Shown piece after piece: positions 32,970-43,152 of a DNA stretch of 64,000 nt. The stretch covers positions 34,998-98,997 of the forward strand of contig JAPPLD010000029.1 in the NCBI GenBank assembly GCA_028819565.1, read 5' to 3'. The notes beneath the pieces were generated by a model. The model was not told where the DNA came from. It was given only the letters and a program-made list of their open reading frames with translations, and did no database searches. A program made the position numbers and the translations under genes. Source of the DNA: Gammaproteobacteria bacterium (lineage in GTDB: Bacteria > Pseudomonadota > Gammaproteobacteria > Poriferisulfidales > Poriferisulfidaceae). Each line of letters starts with the position of its first letter. The stretch's first letter is position 1.

Positions 32970-32975
32970 AATAAA

Positions 32976-33461
32976 ATGCGCCAAGAACGGCATAAGTTAT
33001 TGTCTAAGCTAGAAAAACTAGGGCGGCCCGCGCTGATTTCAGAACTACGTGAAGGGTTCCGTGTTAATGACCGAACCCTGCGCCGTTGGTTGCTCGCACT
33101 ATGCGACGAAGGAGAGATAGAGGCGACCGGATCCAACAAGGGAAGGCGGTACCGACTCGCGGCACCGCCGAAGACGGCCCCGCAAATCGAGGACGGGACC
33201 CTTGACGAACTGCAACAGGAACTACTGCGCGAAGCAATCCGCGACACCGTCTACGGGCGCACCCTGACAATCCTCCTTACGGAGCGTATTCGAACCCTTC
33301 TTCCAACCCCGGTCCGCCCGGGCTTCATCGACAACACTCTGCAACATCTCCAATCAATGACAAGCCAGGAAGCAGAGTCGCTCGGAATCTCTCTGGAGGC
33401 ATTCGAACGCTGGCGCCATCTACAATGCTCTATCGAATCCGGGCAACAAGCCACAGATTGA
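32976..33461 (+). CDS. hypothetical protein with N-terminal winged-helix-like DNA-binding region
   Basis: 161 aa. MRQERHKLLSKLEKLGRPALISELREGFRVNDRTLRRWLLALCDEGEIEATGSNKGRRYRL resembles a wHTH (helix-turn-helix plus wing). I do not recognise a specific family. Confidence 0.4.
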   Translation: MRQERHKLLSKLEKLGRPALISELREGFRVNDRTLRRWLLALCDEGEIEATGSNKGRRYRLAAPPKTAPQIEDGTLDELQQELLREAIRDTVYGRTLTILLTERIRTLLPTPVRPGFIDNTLQHLQSMTSQEAESLGISLEAFERWRHLQCSIESGQQATD

Positions 33462-33474
33462 CCCGAATCCCGCC

Positions 33475-34179
33475 ATGACTCCCCGCTTTCTTTCTATCGA
33501 GCACGTGCCACAAGAGGGAGTGGGCACAATTTCTTCGTATATTCAAGAGCTTGGTGGAAACTTGGCCCGGCACAGGCAATACCAGCAACAACCCTTGTCC
33601 GCTTCCCACGACGACTACGACGTGCTGGTGGCAATGGGAGGGCCGATGGGTGTATACGACTCCGATCAATATCCCTGGCTTGACGGCGAACTGCGCTTCA
33701 TCCGCGAAGCGATTGATCAAGGCAAACACGTTCTGGGAGTCTGTCTCGGTGCCCAGATGATCGCCAGTGCCCTAGACACGGAGGTTCGAAAGAATCCCTG
33801 TACGGAAATCGGCTGGTTCCCAATTCATTTCGAGGACGCATTCCTGAAAACCCGGCTCGGGCAGGGACTTGACCAGCAAATGGACGTCTTGCACTGGCAC
33901 GGAGACACGTTCTCCATCCCTTCTGGCGCGGTGCCTGTCGCGAACAGCGGGGCCTGCGCCAACCAAGGGTTCCTGTACGAGGGGAGAGTGCTGGGGCTTC
34001 AGTTCCACCTGGAGATGGGGACGGAAGAAGTAGGCGTGATGACTGAGCATTTCAAGGATGAACTGGTGCCTGACAAATTCGTCCAGAGCGGTGAAGAGAT
34101 TCGGGCACGAACCAAGGAATGCGCCGCGCCGGCACGGCAGGTTTTATTCTCTATCTTGGATGGATGGCTGGAACAGTAA
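33475..34179 (+). CDS. class I glutamine amidotransferase-like protein (stand-alone GATase1 domain)
   Basis: 234 aa. The nucleophile elbow is VLGVCLGAQMIA, and the His/Glu region is LGLQFHLEMG. Confidence 0.8.
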   Translation: MTPRFLSIEHVPQEGVGTISSYIQELGGNLARHRQYQQQPLSASHDDYDVLVAMGGPMGVYDSDQYPWLDGELRFIREAIDQGKHVLGVCLGAQMIASALDTEVRKNPCTEIGWFPIHFEDAFLKTRLGQGLDQQMDVLHWHGDTFSIPSGAVPVANSGACANQGFLYEGRVLGLQFHLEMGTEEVGVMTEHFKDELVPDKFVQSGEEIRARTKECAAPARQVLFSILDGWLEQ

Positions 34180-34265
34180 ACTGAGAAGTCTTTGAAAAAG
34201 TCTTTTTCATCAATAAGTTAACTATCTTTCCCGCACATCCTTTTCTCTGCACGGAATCCAAGAAA

Positions 34266-34297
34266 AACGCCCAGCCGAAGCTGGGCGTTTAATTTTT
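34266..34297. terminator. bidirectional rho-independent terminator
   Basis: The stem AACGCCCAGC (34266-34275) pairs with GCTGGGCGTT (34280-34289) around the loop CGAA. It is followed by TAATTTTT and preceded by an A-run. It sits between two convergent genes. Confidence 0.8.
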
Positions 34298-34322
34298 GAG
34301 GCTAGTTTTATGTTCGACTATA

Positions 34323-34862
34323 TTACTCCGATGACAGCATTCCACCGACTTTACCGGAGATCATGCCAAAGACGGCGCCAACGACAACGGATATCGCGAC
34401 GACGACCAAGGCGTTTGAAGTGCCAGCAGAGCTCAAGGCTTCCATAGTGAATGCGCCCTCAGTCTGCAGCGCATAGGCTGCAACACTTGCATAGCCCAAA
34501 ACACTTGCCGGGATTGAGGAGAAGTACTCGACATGAGCCAACAGGCACATGACTAAGACACTTCCAGCCACTACGACTCCTGCCCAAATGGGAACAGTCA
34601 AAGTTTCGCCTAGTGGGATCGATAGGATAACGAGTAACGCTACCCAAGCGACTACTGCACCAAGAATACCGCACACAATTGTGTTTTGCAGTGCTTTTTG
34701 GTCTCCCCCTATTGCGAAATAACAGGCCCAAGCAATGAAAGCTACCCAAATGAGGACGATTCCGGATAATGGACCCAAACTTAGTGCCGTTGCGACACCA
34801 CCTAGAACACCGATACTGACCGATAATGCGACAAGACTTGACATGGTCATACCTCCTGTCAA
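34323..34862 (-). CDS. small polytopic inner-membrane protein (possibly DUF1097/YcdZ-like)
   Basis: 179 aa with 4-5 hydrophobic helices rich in G/A/V. GC is lower than in the flanks. The family assignment is from memory only. Confidence 0.45.
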   Translation of the reverse strand: MTGGMTMSSLVALSVSIGVLGGVATALSLGPLSGIVLIWVAFIAWACYFAIGGDQKALQNTIVCGILGAVVAWVALLVILSIPLGETLTVPIWAGVVVAGSVLVMCLLAHVEYFSSIPASVLGYASVAAYALQTEGAFTMEALSSAGTSNALVVVAISVVVGAVFGMISGKVGGMLSSE

Positions 34863-35097
34863 ATTGTTTTACCGACCGCTTCCAGTTAGATCCAACGTCC
34901 AACCGAACGACGATCTACCCCTATTGTACATGTTAAGGATTTTCGCAAGTACCACTTTCGGAGGGGTTAATTCGGACGTCAATCGTGCCAGAAAAAATCC
35001 TAAGCGCAACTCTCTGGTTTTCCTGTTTCGCAATACCGGTTACAGACCAAAACCTATCAACATCCCCATCTCTGTAGGCACCGGAAAAAGCGTATGG

Positions 35098-35125
35098 TTG
35101 ACATTGGCGGCAGTTGACCTATGAT
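35098..35125 (+). promoter_or_regulatory. putative sigma70 promoter of rpmH operon
   Basis: A consensus -35 TTGACA (35098-35103) is separated by a 16-nt spacer from the -10 TATGAT (35120-35125). This lies about 25 nt upstream of the rpmH ATG. Confidence 0.55.
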
Positions 35126-35149
35126 GCGCACCCGGTTGCAATTCCGACC

Positions 35150-35284
35150 ATGAAACGAACCTTTCAGCCCAACAATTTGCGCCGTAAGCGGACACACGGA
35201 TTCCGTGCCCGCATGCGGACTCGTGCCGGGCGCGCCATTCTTAATGCCCGGCGCCGCCGCGGTCGTGCGCGACTCATCCCCTGA
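35150..35284 (+). CDS. rpmH: 50S ribosomal protein L34
   Basis: It is not in the track because it is under 60 aa. My translation is [44 protein letters not shown] with a stop at 35282-35284. Confidence 0.95.
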   Translation: MKRTFQPNNLRRKRTHGFRARMRTRAGRAILNARRRRGRARLIP

Positions 35285-35645
35285 GCCGGAAGAAGCCCCC
35301 GGGCGATTCTCTTTCCCGCGCAGCCGTAGGCTGGTTCATTCGCATCAGTTCCAGAATGTCTACCGGCACCGAAAAGCGAAGCGTGCGCATGGCCGCATCG
35401 TCTCTTGCGTGTGGGTGCCGAACGGACAACCGGCAGCACGCCTGGGGCTCGCTGTCTCGAAACGCGCATTGCGACGCAGCTCCGCCCGCAACACGTTCAA
35501 GCGCCTGGTGCGCGAGCACTTCCGGCTCCACCCTTTGTCCGGAATGGATTTGATCGTCAGTTGCTGCCGAGATGTTCGCCCCCCGCTTGACCGGCAGGCG
35601 ATCCGTCTTGAGCTTACCGACCTTTGGGACAGGATCAAACCATGA
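35265..35645 (+). CDS. rnpA: ribonuclease P protein component
   Basis: From the frame of ORF 35205..35645. It reads [19 protein letters not shown]...[30 protein letters not shown]. The start is uncertain. I chose the in-frame GTG at 35265, which overlaps the rpmH end; an ATG lies at 35244. Confidence 0.85.
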   Translation: MRDSSPEPEEAPGRFSFPRSRRLVHSHQFQNVYRHRKAKRAHGRIVSCVWVPNGQPAARLGLAVSKRALRRSSARNTFKRLVREHFRLHPLSGMDLIVSCCRDVRPPLDRQAIRLELTDLWDRIKP

Positions 35646-35875
35646 CCCGTCTTCTCATCGGCCTGTTGCGCGCCTACCAGTACTTGCTTAGTCCGTTTTT
35701 CGGACAGCATTGCAGGTTTACGCCGACCTGTTCGCAGTACGCCATCGACGCTCTGCGCGAACACGGTCCCTGGCGCGGCAGCATGCTCGCGGCAAGGCGC
35801 GTTCTGCGTTGCCACCCCTGGCATCCGGGAGGATTGGACCCAGTGCCGGAACGGAGACGCACTCATGGGTGGTGA
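35642..35875 (+). CDS. yidD: membrane protein insertion efficiency factor YidD
   Basis: It starts [38 protein letters not shown]. An ATGA junction overlaps rnpA. Confidence 0.92.
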   Translation: MTRLLIGLLRAYQYLLSPFFGQHCRFTPTCSQYAIDALREHGPWRGSMLAARRVLRCHPWHPGGLDPVPERRRTHGW

Positions 35876-37556
35876 TCCCCGGCTGTTCCTGTACGGCGCC
35901 CTCGCCATCATGCTGTTCCTAGTCTGGCAGACCTGGGAACTGGAAAAGACCCCTCCTGCGCACACGCAAGTTTCGCAGCAGCAGCCAGCCCCGACGGAAG
36001 GGACTTCGGACATGCCGGCGCCCCGAGCGGAGGACATGCCTGAGGCCCGGCAGGCCGAACCTGCCGCCGATCTTCCAAACGAAGCATTGCCCAAGCGCCG
36101 TGACTGGATCAAGGTGCGCACGGATGCGCTGGACCTGCGGATCGACACCGTGGGCGGAAACGTCATGCAGGCAGATCTTCTCCGGTACCCGGTCTCCCTC
36201 GAAAAACCGGACGTTCCCACGCGGCTCTTGTATGTCGGCAATGAAAAATACGTCGTGCAGAGCGGGCTGACGCACGACACGAGCGGCGATCTGGATCTCA
36301 GCCATCGGGCACCCAGCCATCATTCGCCCTACCAGGCCGATCGACTGCAGTACGATTTTTCTGAGGCGGCCGAACCGAAAACCGTCACCCTGCGTTGGGA
36401 CGGACCGGACGGCATCCAAGTGCTCAAGCATTTCCATTTCACGCCGGGTCAACATTTAGTCGACGTCACGCACGAAGTACGCAATCAGGGAGTGGAAGAC
36501 TGGGTCGGGCGGCAATATCGCCAATTGCGACGCAGCGCCGGTCGCGCGCCGGACCGAACCTCGCTCCTGTTCGGCAACACCGAGGCTATTTCCTTCATTG
36601 GTGCGGCCTATCACGATTCCGAGACCTATCACAAGTTGTCGTTCGAGGACATGGACGAGGAGCCGTTCAGCGCAAACCTGATGGACGGATGGGTGGCCAT
36701 GCTGCAGCACTATTTCGTTTCCGCCTGGGTACCTCCACGCGGGGATGTCGAACGGTACTACACCCGGGTCGTTCGCGGAGGGCGTTATCCCGAATACATC
36801 ATCGGCATGCATTCGCCCGCCCAGCGCATCGCGCCCGGAGCCAGCGCCCGGTTTTCCTCGCAGCTGTACGTCGGACCAAAAGATCAAAACGAACTCAAGG
36901 AGATTGCCGACGGCCTAGAGTTGACCGTCGACTATGGTGTCCTCACGATCCTGTCAAAACCCCTGTTCTGGGTTCTGGACAATATCTACTGGCTGACCGG
37001 CAACTGGGGCTGGTCGATCGTACTGCTGACGGTCTTGATCAAACTAGTGTTCTACAAACTGTCCGAGACCAGTTACCGATCAATGGCAAAGATGCGCAAG
37101 TTCGCGCCGCGGGTGCAGCAGTTGCGCGAACGCTACGGCGGCGACCGCGTGAAGATGAACGAAGCGATGATGAAGATGTACCGGGAGGAGAAGGTCAACC
37201 CACTGGGCGGCTGCTGGCCGATCCTCGTGCAGATCCCGGTCTTCATCGCACTGTACTGGGTGCTTTTGGAAAGCGTGGAGTTGCGGCAGGCCCCGTTCAT
37301 CGCCTGGATTCATGACTTGTCAGTGCGTGACCCGTACTATGTCCTCCCAGTGCTGATGGGTGCCAGCATGGTCGTGCAGACCAAGCTCAACCCGACCCCC
37401 CCGGACCCGTTCCAAGCCAAGTTGATGACGGCATTGCCGATCGTGTTCACGGTCTTCTTCCTGTTCTTCCCGGCCGGGCTGGTCCTGTACTGGCTGGTCA
37501 ACAACCTGCTCTCGATCGCCCAACAGTGGTTCATCATCCGGCGCATGGACGCGTAG
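35865..37556 (+). CDS. yidC: membrane protein insertase YidC
   Basis: 563 aa. It has an N-terminal TM, a large periplasmic domain and a C-terminal Oxa1 core ([20 protein letters not shown]). Confidence 0.96.
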   Translation: MGGDPRLFLYGALAIMLFLVWQTWELEKTPPAHTQVSQQQPAPTEGTSDMPAPRAEDMPEARQAEPAADLPNEALPKRRDWIKVRTDALDLRIDTVGGNVMQADLLRYPVSLEKPDVPTRLLYVGNEKYVVQSGLTHDTSGDLDLSHRAPSHHSPYQADRLQYDFSEAAEPKTVTLRWDGPDGIQVLKHFHFTPGQHLVDVTHEVRNQGVEDWVGRQYRQLRRSAGRAPDRTSLLFGNTEAISFIGAAYHDSETYHKLSFEDMDEEPFSANLMDGWVAMLQHYFVSAWVPPRGDVERYYTRVVRGGRYPEYIIGMHSPAQRIAPGASARFSSQLYVGPKDQNELKEIADGLELTVDYGVLTILSKPLFWVLDNIYWLTGNWGWSIVLLTVLIKLVFYKLSETSYRSMAKMRKFAPRVQQLRERYGGDRVKMNEAMMKMYREEKVNPLGGCWPILVQIPVFIALYWVLLESVELRQAPFIAWIHDLSVRDPYYVLPVLMGASMVVQTKLNPTPPDPFQAKLMTALPIVFTVFFLFFPAGLVLYWLVNNLLSIAQQWFIIRRMDA

Positions 37557-37569
37557 TGCCGCAACCGGC

Positions 37570-38904
37570 ATGAATTCCGGCGACACGATCGTCGCTCTGT
37601 CCACCCCGCCCGGGCGCGGCGCACTCGCCCTGATTCGTGCGAGTGGGCCCCAGGTTCCGAATCTGACCCGCCAACTCAATGGTGGGGTGCTTCCCACACC
37701 TCGTGTTGCTTCTCTTCGGGTGCTTCATGACGCCGAGGGCCGCACGCTGGATCAGGGCGTACTGACGTTCTACCCGGCCCCCGCTTCAGCCACCGGCGAA
37801 GACGTATTGGAAATCTCCTGCCATGGTGCGCCTGCAGTAGTCGAGGCTCTGCTGTTTCGGTTGCGTTCACTGAGTGTACGCCCGGCCGAACCCGGCGAAT
37901 TCAGCCGCCGGGCATTCGAAGCCGGGAAAATGGACCTGGCTCAGGCCCAAGCAGTCGCCGACCTTATCGCCGCGACCACGGGACGGGCAGCCCGATGTGC
38001 CGCAAGAGTGCTAAAAGGCGACATTTCACACGAAATATCATCTATCTTGCAGGAAATTGTCGATATCAGAGTCTATATTGAAGGAGCTCTGGATTTTCCC
38101 GACGAAGACGTGGACTGGCTGGCGGAATCCGATTTCGGCACCCGGCTATCAGCACTCTCAGACAAGGTGGAGCAATTGGTCCGTCGGGCACGGCAGGGGC
38201 GGACGGTCACCACGGGAATCCGCTTGGCGCTGCTCGGCCCGCCCAATGTCGGCAAATCCAGCCTGCTTAATCATTTCACCGGTGCCGACACGGCAATCGT
38301 AACCGCGCAACCCGGCACGACCCGGGACGTGCTGACGGCCTCGTTCCAGATCGACGGCATTCCACTGATCCTGGCCGACACCGCCGGCATTCGCGCGGCG
38401 GAAGCCGAAGCGGAGGTCGAAGGAATCCGTCGCAGCTGGCGCGCTGCCGAGGAAGCCGACCTGATTTTGCAGATGTTCGACGCCCATGCCGGTTGGGGCG
38501 AAGACGACGAGGAAATAAAGAATCGCTTGCCGGGACGCCCTGCTTTAATCTTGGCCAACAAGTGCGATTTACTGCCCGACGGAATCCCCGGATCCGGGCC
38601 CAAAGAAGCCATCCGCCTGTCGGCGAAATTCGGTCATGGAATCGAAGCGCTTAAAGAACAGATCACCCAACTGCTGGAACTTGAAAATGCGCTGGAGGAA
38701 GACGAATTCATGGCGCACCAGCGGCAGATCGACGCTCTGCTTGAAACCGGCGAGGCATTGAAGCGTGCTACCCAGGCTCAGGGTGGCGAATTGATCGCAG
38801 AAGAGCTCCGGCTTGCACAAGAAGCCTTGGGAGCCTTGACCGGCGAATTCACCGCCGACGACCTGCTCGGAGAAATCTTCAGCCGGTTCTGCATCGGAAA
38901 ATGA
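37570..38904 (+). CDS. mnmE: tRNA modification GTPase MnmE (TrmE)
   Basis: 444 aa. G1 is GPPNVGKSSLLN, followed by DTAGIR and NKCDL, with a C-terminal FCIGK. Confidence 0.96.
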   Translation: MNSGDTIVALSTPPGRGALALIRASGPQVPNLTRQLNGGVLPTPRVASLRVLHDAEGRTLDQGVLTFYPAPASATGEDVLEISCHGAPAVVEALLFRLRSLSVRPAEPGEFSRRAFEAGKMDLAQAQAVADLIAATTGRAARCAARVLKGDISHEISSILQEIVDIRVYIEGALDFPDEDVDWLAESDFGTRLSALSDKVEQLVRRARQGRTVTTGIRLALLGPPNVGKSSLLNHFTGADTAIVTAQPGTTRDVLTASFQIDGIPLILADTAGIRAAEAEAEVEGIRRSWRAAEEADLILQMFDAHAGWGEDDEEIKNRLPGRPALILANKCDLLPDGIPGSGPKEAIRLSAKFGHGIEALKEQITQLLELENALEEDEFMAHQRQIDALLETGEALKRATQAQGGELIAEELRLAQEALGALTGEFTADDLLGEIFSRFCIGK

Positions 38905-39056
38905 AAATCTTTTCTCTTGTCATCAGTCGGTAACAGCGAATCTCCATACTCTTCCGGCACCGCATCCGCGGCTGGCTGCCCACAAAGTCAACGAAAGGTA
39001 GAATGCGGTTCGGGTTTTAGCGTCTCCGCCAGCGTTGGTGGTGTTCCGTTTTTCCG

Positions 39057-40514
39057 ATGATCGTCGGCTCTTTTATTTTCTTCCTCGCCCTGTTCTTGGG
39101 CATCGGGCTGTACGCGCACCTGCACTCGCGCCACAGCCACCGCGATTACCTTCTGGCCAACCAGGAAACTCCACCCTGGCTTGCAGGTCTCTCGGCTGGC
39201 GCGACCGCCAACAGTGGCTACATGTTCACCGGCCTGATCGGTTACGCCTACCTGGTCGGCTTACCTTCCATTTGGCTGGGACTTGGAATGATCATCGGCG
39301 ACATCGTCGCTTCGTCCTTCATCCACCGCCGCCTGCGCTCGGTCACGAACATGGGACAAGCCGAAACTTATGCCGGCATTCTGAGCCACTGGAACGGGAC
39401 AGACTTCCGAATGTACCGTCATTTGGCCGGATTCGTGTCCCTGATTTTCCTGTCCACGTATGCGGCAGCACAGTTTGTAGCCGGTAGCAAGGCACTGCAT
39501 GTATTGTTTGGCTGGGAAGAATTCGTCGGCGCCCTGATCGGCGCAGCCATCGTGGCGAGCTACAGCTGGGCCGGGGGGATCCGGGCTTCCATCTGGACGG
39601 ATGCCTTGCAGGCCATCGTCATGATGGTGGCGATGATCGTGCTGCTTGTGCTCGCGCTTGATTTCGTGGGCGGGATATCCGCCGCCTGGACCGCGTTGGA
39701 CGCGGTCTCTCCCACGCACTTGGACCTGGTTCCCCCGGATCTGCAGTTCGGTGCACTGGGGCCGTTGCTGTTCGGCCTGGGTTGGATCGTTGCGGGGTTC
39801 TGCGTTGTGGGGCAGCCGCACATCATGGTGCGCTTCATGACGCTGGACCGCCCGGAAAACACCAATCGGGCACGTGTCTACTACTATGCCTGGACATTCC
39901 TGTTCGGCTTGGTCGCCACTGCCATGGGCCTCTTGACCCGGATCCTTCTTCCCCCCGATGTCGTGTTCGATGCCGAATTGGCGCTACCGACCGTCGCGCT
40001 CGATTTGCTTCCAGGAATCTTAGTGGGGGTCGTAATAGCGGGAATGTTCGCCGCCACCCTTTCTACGGCCGATTCCCTGATCCTGAGCTGCGCGGCAAAC
40101 CTGACCGATGATTTCGCCCCGGAAGACCGCCTGCCTCTGGTCATCGTCAGGGGCGGCACGCTTCTGATGACGCTGGTGGCATTGGCCATCGCCCTGTCCG
40201 GAGATCAGAGCGTCTTTACGCTGGTGATCCTTGCCTGGTCCATGATGGGAGCGGTGTTTGCTCCCCTGATTACCGTGTACGCGCTAGGTGGGCGACCGAA
40301 CCAGCCACTGGCAATCGCCATGCTGGTCTCTGCTGTTGCCTGCGTCGTGCTCTGGCAGATGACCCCGGAGCTCGCGCTCTACTACAAGGGGTTCCTTGGC
40401 TTCATTGTCGGCTTTGTAGTGTATTTGATTGGAAGCCGCCTCGGCTTGGTCCTCGGAAAGTCCCACACAGCCAGGGATTCTTTCCTTCACCATGCCGAGA
40501 CCGAGAGTCATTGA
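39057..40514 (+). CDS. sodium:solute symporter (SSF) family transporter
   Basis: 485 aa with about 13 TM segments. The N-terminal pattern is YLLANQETPPWLAGLSAGATANSGYMFTGLIGYAY, typical of PutP/PanF-type SSF proteins. The substrate cannot be inferred. Confidence 0.8.
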   Translation: MIVGSFIFFLALFLGIGLYAHLHSRHSHRDYLLANQETPPWLAGLSAGATANSGYMFTGLIGYAYLVGLPSIWLGLGMIIGDIVASSFIHRRLRSVTNMGQAETYAGILSHWNGTDFRMYRHLAGFVSLIFLSTYAAAQFVAGSKALHVLFGWEEFVGALIGAAIVASYSWAGGIRASIWTDALQAIVMMVAMIVLLVLALDFVGGISAAWTALDAVSPTHLDLVPPDLQFGALGPLLFGLGWIVAGFCVVGQPHIMVRFMTLDRPENTNRARVYYYAWTFLFGLVATAMGLLTRILLPPDVVFDAELALPTVALDLLPGILVGVVIAGMFAATLSTADSLILSCAANLTDDFAPEDRLPLVIVRGGTLLMTLVALAIALSGDQSVFTLVILAWSMMGAVFAPLITVYALGGRPNQPLAIAMLVSAVACVVLWQMTPELALYYKGFLGFIVGFVVYLIGSRLGLVLGKSHTARDSFLHHAETESH

Positions 40515-40532
40515 GCTAGTACGGCTCTTATC

Positions 40533-41162
40533 TCACGAAACTGGTGCCCCGTTCTCTTCCAAGTACGCGCGCAAGGCGTCGCGAGCCGCTTCAAGACCAA
40601 GACCGGTGCGAGCCGACACCAGACTGATCGGCAGTTCGTTCCAATCCTGAAGCGCTTTCCGCAAATCGAGCAGGGTGCGCTGTGCCTTGGAACGCGACAA
40701 CTTGTCTGCTTTGTTCAACAAGACATGCACGGGTAAACCTACGGCGCTGCACCATTCCAGTAACTGCTGATCGCTGTCGCGCAACGGGTGACGGATATCC
40801 ATGAGCAGCATCAGGCGGACCAGGCTTTGCCGGCCTCGAAGATATCCTTCCACCATGCGTTGCCAACCGGCGCGCTCGGCCTTGGATGCGCGCGCGAAAC
40901 CATAGCCCGGCAGATCCACCAGGCGGCGTGTTTCGTCCACGGCAAAAAAATGGAGCAGGCGGGTTCGGCCTGGGGCCGCACTGGTCCGCGCCAGCGCGCG
41001 TCGTTCGCAAAGAGCGTTAATCACGCTTGATTTGCCAACATTGGAGCGTCCGGCAAAAGCCACTTCCACTCCCTGGTCCGGTGGGCAGTCTCCCACCCGG
41101 GGATGTCCGGAGAGGTAGGCAGCCTGGCGCAGATCCAAAATCCGCGGGGAATCCTTAGTCAA
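40533..41162 (-). CDS. engB: ribosome biogenesis GTP-binding protein EngB (YihA/YsxC)
   Basis: 209 aa with GRSNVGKSSVINAL, DLPGYG and NKADK motifs. Confidence 0.93.
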   Translation of the reverse strand: MTKDSPRILDLRQAAYLSGHPRVGDCPPDQGVEVAFAGRSNVGKSSVINALCERRALARTSAAPGRTRLLHFFAVDETRRLVDLPGYGFARASKAERAGWQRMVEGYLRGRQSLVRLMLLMDIRHPLRDSDQQLLEWCSAVGLPVHVLLNKADKLSRSKAQRTLLDLRKALQDWNELPISLVSARTGLGLEAARDALRAYLEENGAPVS

Positions 41163-41192
41163 CCTGTCACCACCCTGTAATTCGACCGAGTT

Positions 41193-41774
41193 TCACGACT
41201 CTGACTCGTGAAGGAATTGTACGATTCTGTCTACCGCCTCATCGGGTGACAGTTTTACCGTATTGATGTGCAACTCCGGATTCTCCGGGGGCTCATAGGG
41301 GGAGTCGATGCCGGTGAAATGCGGCAGTTCGCCCCTCCGCGCCTTTGCGTAGTGGCCCTTGACGTCGCGCGCCTCGCAAACATCAATCGGCGCATCGACA
41401 AAAATCTCGACGAACTCCCCGCTTTCCATCAAGGCGCGAGCTTTTGCACGCTCCAAGCGAAACGGAGAGATGATGGCGACAATGGCGACCAGACCAGCAT
41501 CCACCATCAGCTTGGCAACTTCGGAGATCCGGCGGATATTTTCCACCCGGTCAGCAGGCGTAAAATCGAGATTCTTGCTCAATCCGAGGCGGATATTGTC
41601 CCCGTCCAGAAGGTACGTGTACCGACCCAAGGCCTCGAGCTTTTTTTCTAGCAGGCTCGCGATCGTCGACTTGCCGGCGCACGGCAAGCCTGTCAGCCAG
41701 AGGACGCGAGGCTGTTGATTTAAGGCATGCGCCCGCGTGGCTTTGTTAATGCTCATCCGAAGCCTTGTCCCCAA
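41193..41774 (-). CDS. cysC: adenylyl-sulfate (APS) kinase
   Basis: 193 aa. It reads VLWLTGLPCAGKSTIA (P-loop), LLDGDNIRLGL and ENIRRISEVAKL. An alternative start is at 41756. Confidence 0.92.
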   Translation of the reverse strand: MGTRLRMSINKATRAHALNQQPRVLWLTGLPCAGKSTIASLLEKKLEALGRYTYLLDGDNIRLGLSKNLDFTPADRVENIRRISEVAKLMVDAGLVAIVAIISPFRLERAKARALMESGEFVEIFVDAPIDVCEARDVKGHYAKARRGELPHFTGIDSPYEPPENPELHINTVKLSPDEAVDRIVQFLHESES

Positions 41775-41881
41775 TCACGGAAAGTCCATTCTAGCGATAT
41801 CTTCGGGTCATGCTTCAGTTTCCGGCAGAACGATTTTGATACAATGGCGCGCCTGTACGGAACACCCTTCCCGCATACTCA

Positions 41882-42511
41882 ATGATTCGGCACTGGCTCT
41901 GGGCGGCACTTGCGCCCAGCATCGTTTTCATGGCATCCCCGGCTTTTGCCGAAGGCGATCCCATCGCCGGACAAGCCCGTGCGACCGTTTGCGCAGCCTG
42001 CCATGGCGTCGACGGGAACAGCATCAACCCGGAATGGCCTAGTCTGGCCGGTCAGGGTGCCGCCTACATGGTGACCCAGTTGAAACGGTTCCAGTCCGGC
42101 GAGCGCGAAAACGCATTGATGCAACCACAGGCTGCCCTGATGTCCGAGCAGGACATTCTGGACGTGTCCGCTTACTACGCAGCGCAGACACCCAAGATCG
42201 GTGTTGCCCAAGCCGACGCTAAAACCCTGGAGTTGGGTGAACTGGTTTATCGCGGCGGCATTCTCGACCGGAACATACCGGCCTGCATCTCCTGCCACGG
42301 CCCGAACGGTACCGGCAATGACCCCGCGGAGTTTCCGCACTTGGCTGGCCAACACGCCACCTATACCATCCTGCAACTGAAATCGTTCCGCGAAGGATTT
42401 GAGGCACACAAGCTCCACACTCGGCAGAATCCCATGATGAACGAGGTGGCGGCCAAAATGACCGATGAGGAAATCGAGGCTGTTGCACACTACATTTCCG
42501 GCTTGTATTGA
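41882..42511 (+). CDS. diheme cytochrome c4
   Basis: 209 aa with a signal peptide and two CxxCH motifs (CAACHG and CISCHG). Confidence 0.9.
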   Translation: MIRHWLWAALAPSIVFMASPAFAEGDPIAGQARATVCAACHGVDGNSINPEWPSLAGQGAAYMVTQLKRFQSGERENALMQPQAALMSEQDILDVSAYYAAQTPKIGVAQADAKTLELGELVYRGGILDRNIPACISCHGPNGTGNDPAEFPHLAGQHATYTILQLKSFREGFEAHKLHTRQNPMMNEVAAKMTDEEIEAVAHYISGLY

Positions 42512-43152
42512 TGGCTCCCTTGCGACTCGCCACGCTCGGCTTGGCGAGCCTGTTGACGGTCACCGCGGCCGCCCACGAAACCGCCGATCACCCCGACTAT
42601 AAGTTTGAAGAGGGCCAGCACTACACCGTGCTGGAAAATATCCCGCCCGCCGAAGTGCCGGAGAGGAAAACCGAACTGATCGAATTTTTCTGGTACGGCT
42701 GTCCGCACTGCTACAGGTTGGAGCCGTTGCTCAAGCCTTGGCTTGAGGAGCGAACCGACACGGTTCACGTGCGGCTCGTCCCGGCCATCTTCAGTGCGCG
42801 ATGGGTGGTGGGTGCCCGGGTGTACTACACCCTGGAATTGATGGATCGATTGGACTTGCACCCCGTCGTCTTCAACCTCGTGCATGAGCAAGACCGTCCG
42901 CTGCAGAGTGGCGAGGGGATCGGGCGCATGCTGGAAGTTTTCGAGGTTGACCCGGCGGCTTTCGCAGAGACGTTCCGTTCGCAGGCAGTCACCGATCGAC
43001 TGGAAGAGGCGCGGGAATTGCCTAAAACTTATGGCATTGATGGTGTGCCAGCCTTAGCAGTAGATGGACGATACCGGATCACGACCCGAAACGCGACCAA
43101 TTACCAGATGCTTCTGGACATCGCGGATTTTCTGATTCACGAAAAGCCCTGA
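42511..43152 (+). CDS. dsbA: thiol:disulfide interchange protein DsbA
   Basis: It has a signal peptide and FFWYGCPHCYRLEP (CPHC). The ATG at 42511 overlaps the cytochrome c4 stop (the track starts at the TTG at 42508). Confidence 0.92.
   Translation: MAPLRLATLGLASLLTVTAAAHETADHPDYKFEEGQHYTVLENIPPAEVPERKTELIEFFWYGCPHCYRLEPLLKPWLEERTDTVHVRLVPAIFSARWVVGARVYYTLELMDRLDLHPVVFNLVHEQDRPLQSGEGIGRMLEVFEVDPAAFAETFRSQAVTDRLEEARELPKTYGIDGVPALAVDGRYRITTRNATNYQMLLDIADFLIHEKP

Noticed and set aside
32877-32975. Possible oriC next to mnmG (the E. coli gidA-oriC arrangement)
   Set aside because: It is only about 100 bp and has no DnaA boxes. The TTATCGGACA repeats differ from the DnaA-box consensus by an inserted base. 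I interpret it as a promoter/operator instead.
34863-35149. Possible oriC / DnaA-box cluster upstream of rpmH
   Set aside because: I found no TTATCCACA/TGTGGATAA-like 9-mers; the best match is CTATCAACA with 2 mismatches. There is no AT-rich 13-mer array and dnaA is not adjacent. The region is better explained by the rpmH promoter.
35360-36280. 306-aa minus-strand ORF across rnpA-yidD-yidC
   Set aside because: It is antisense to three conserved genes, so it is a shadow ORF.
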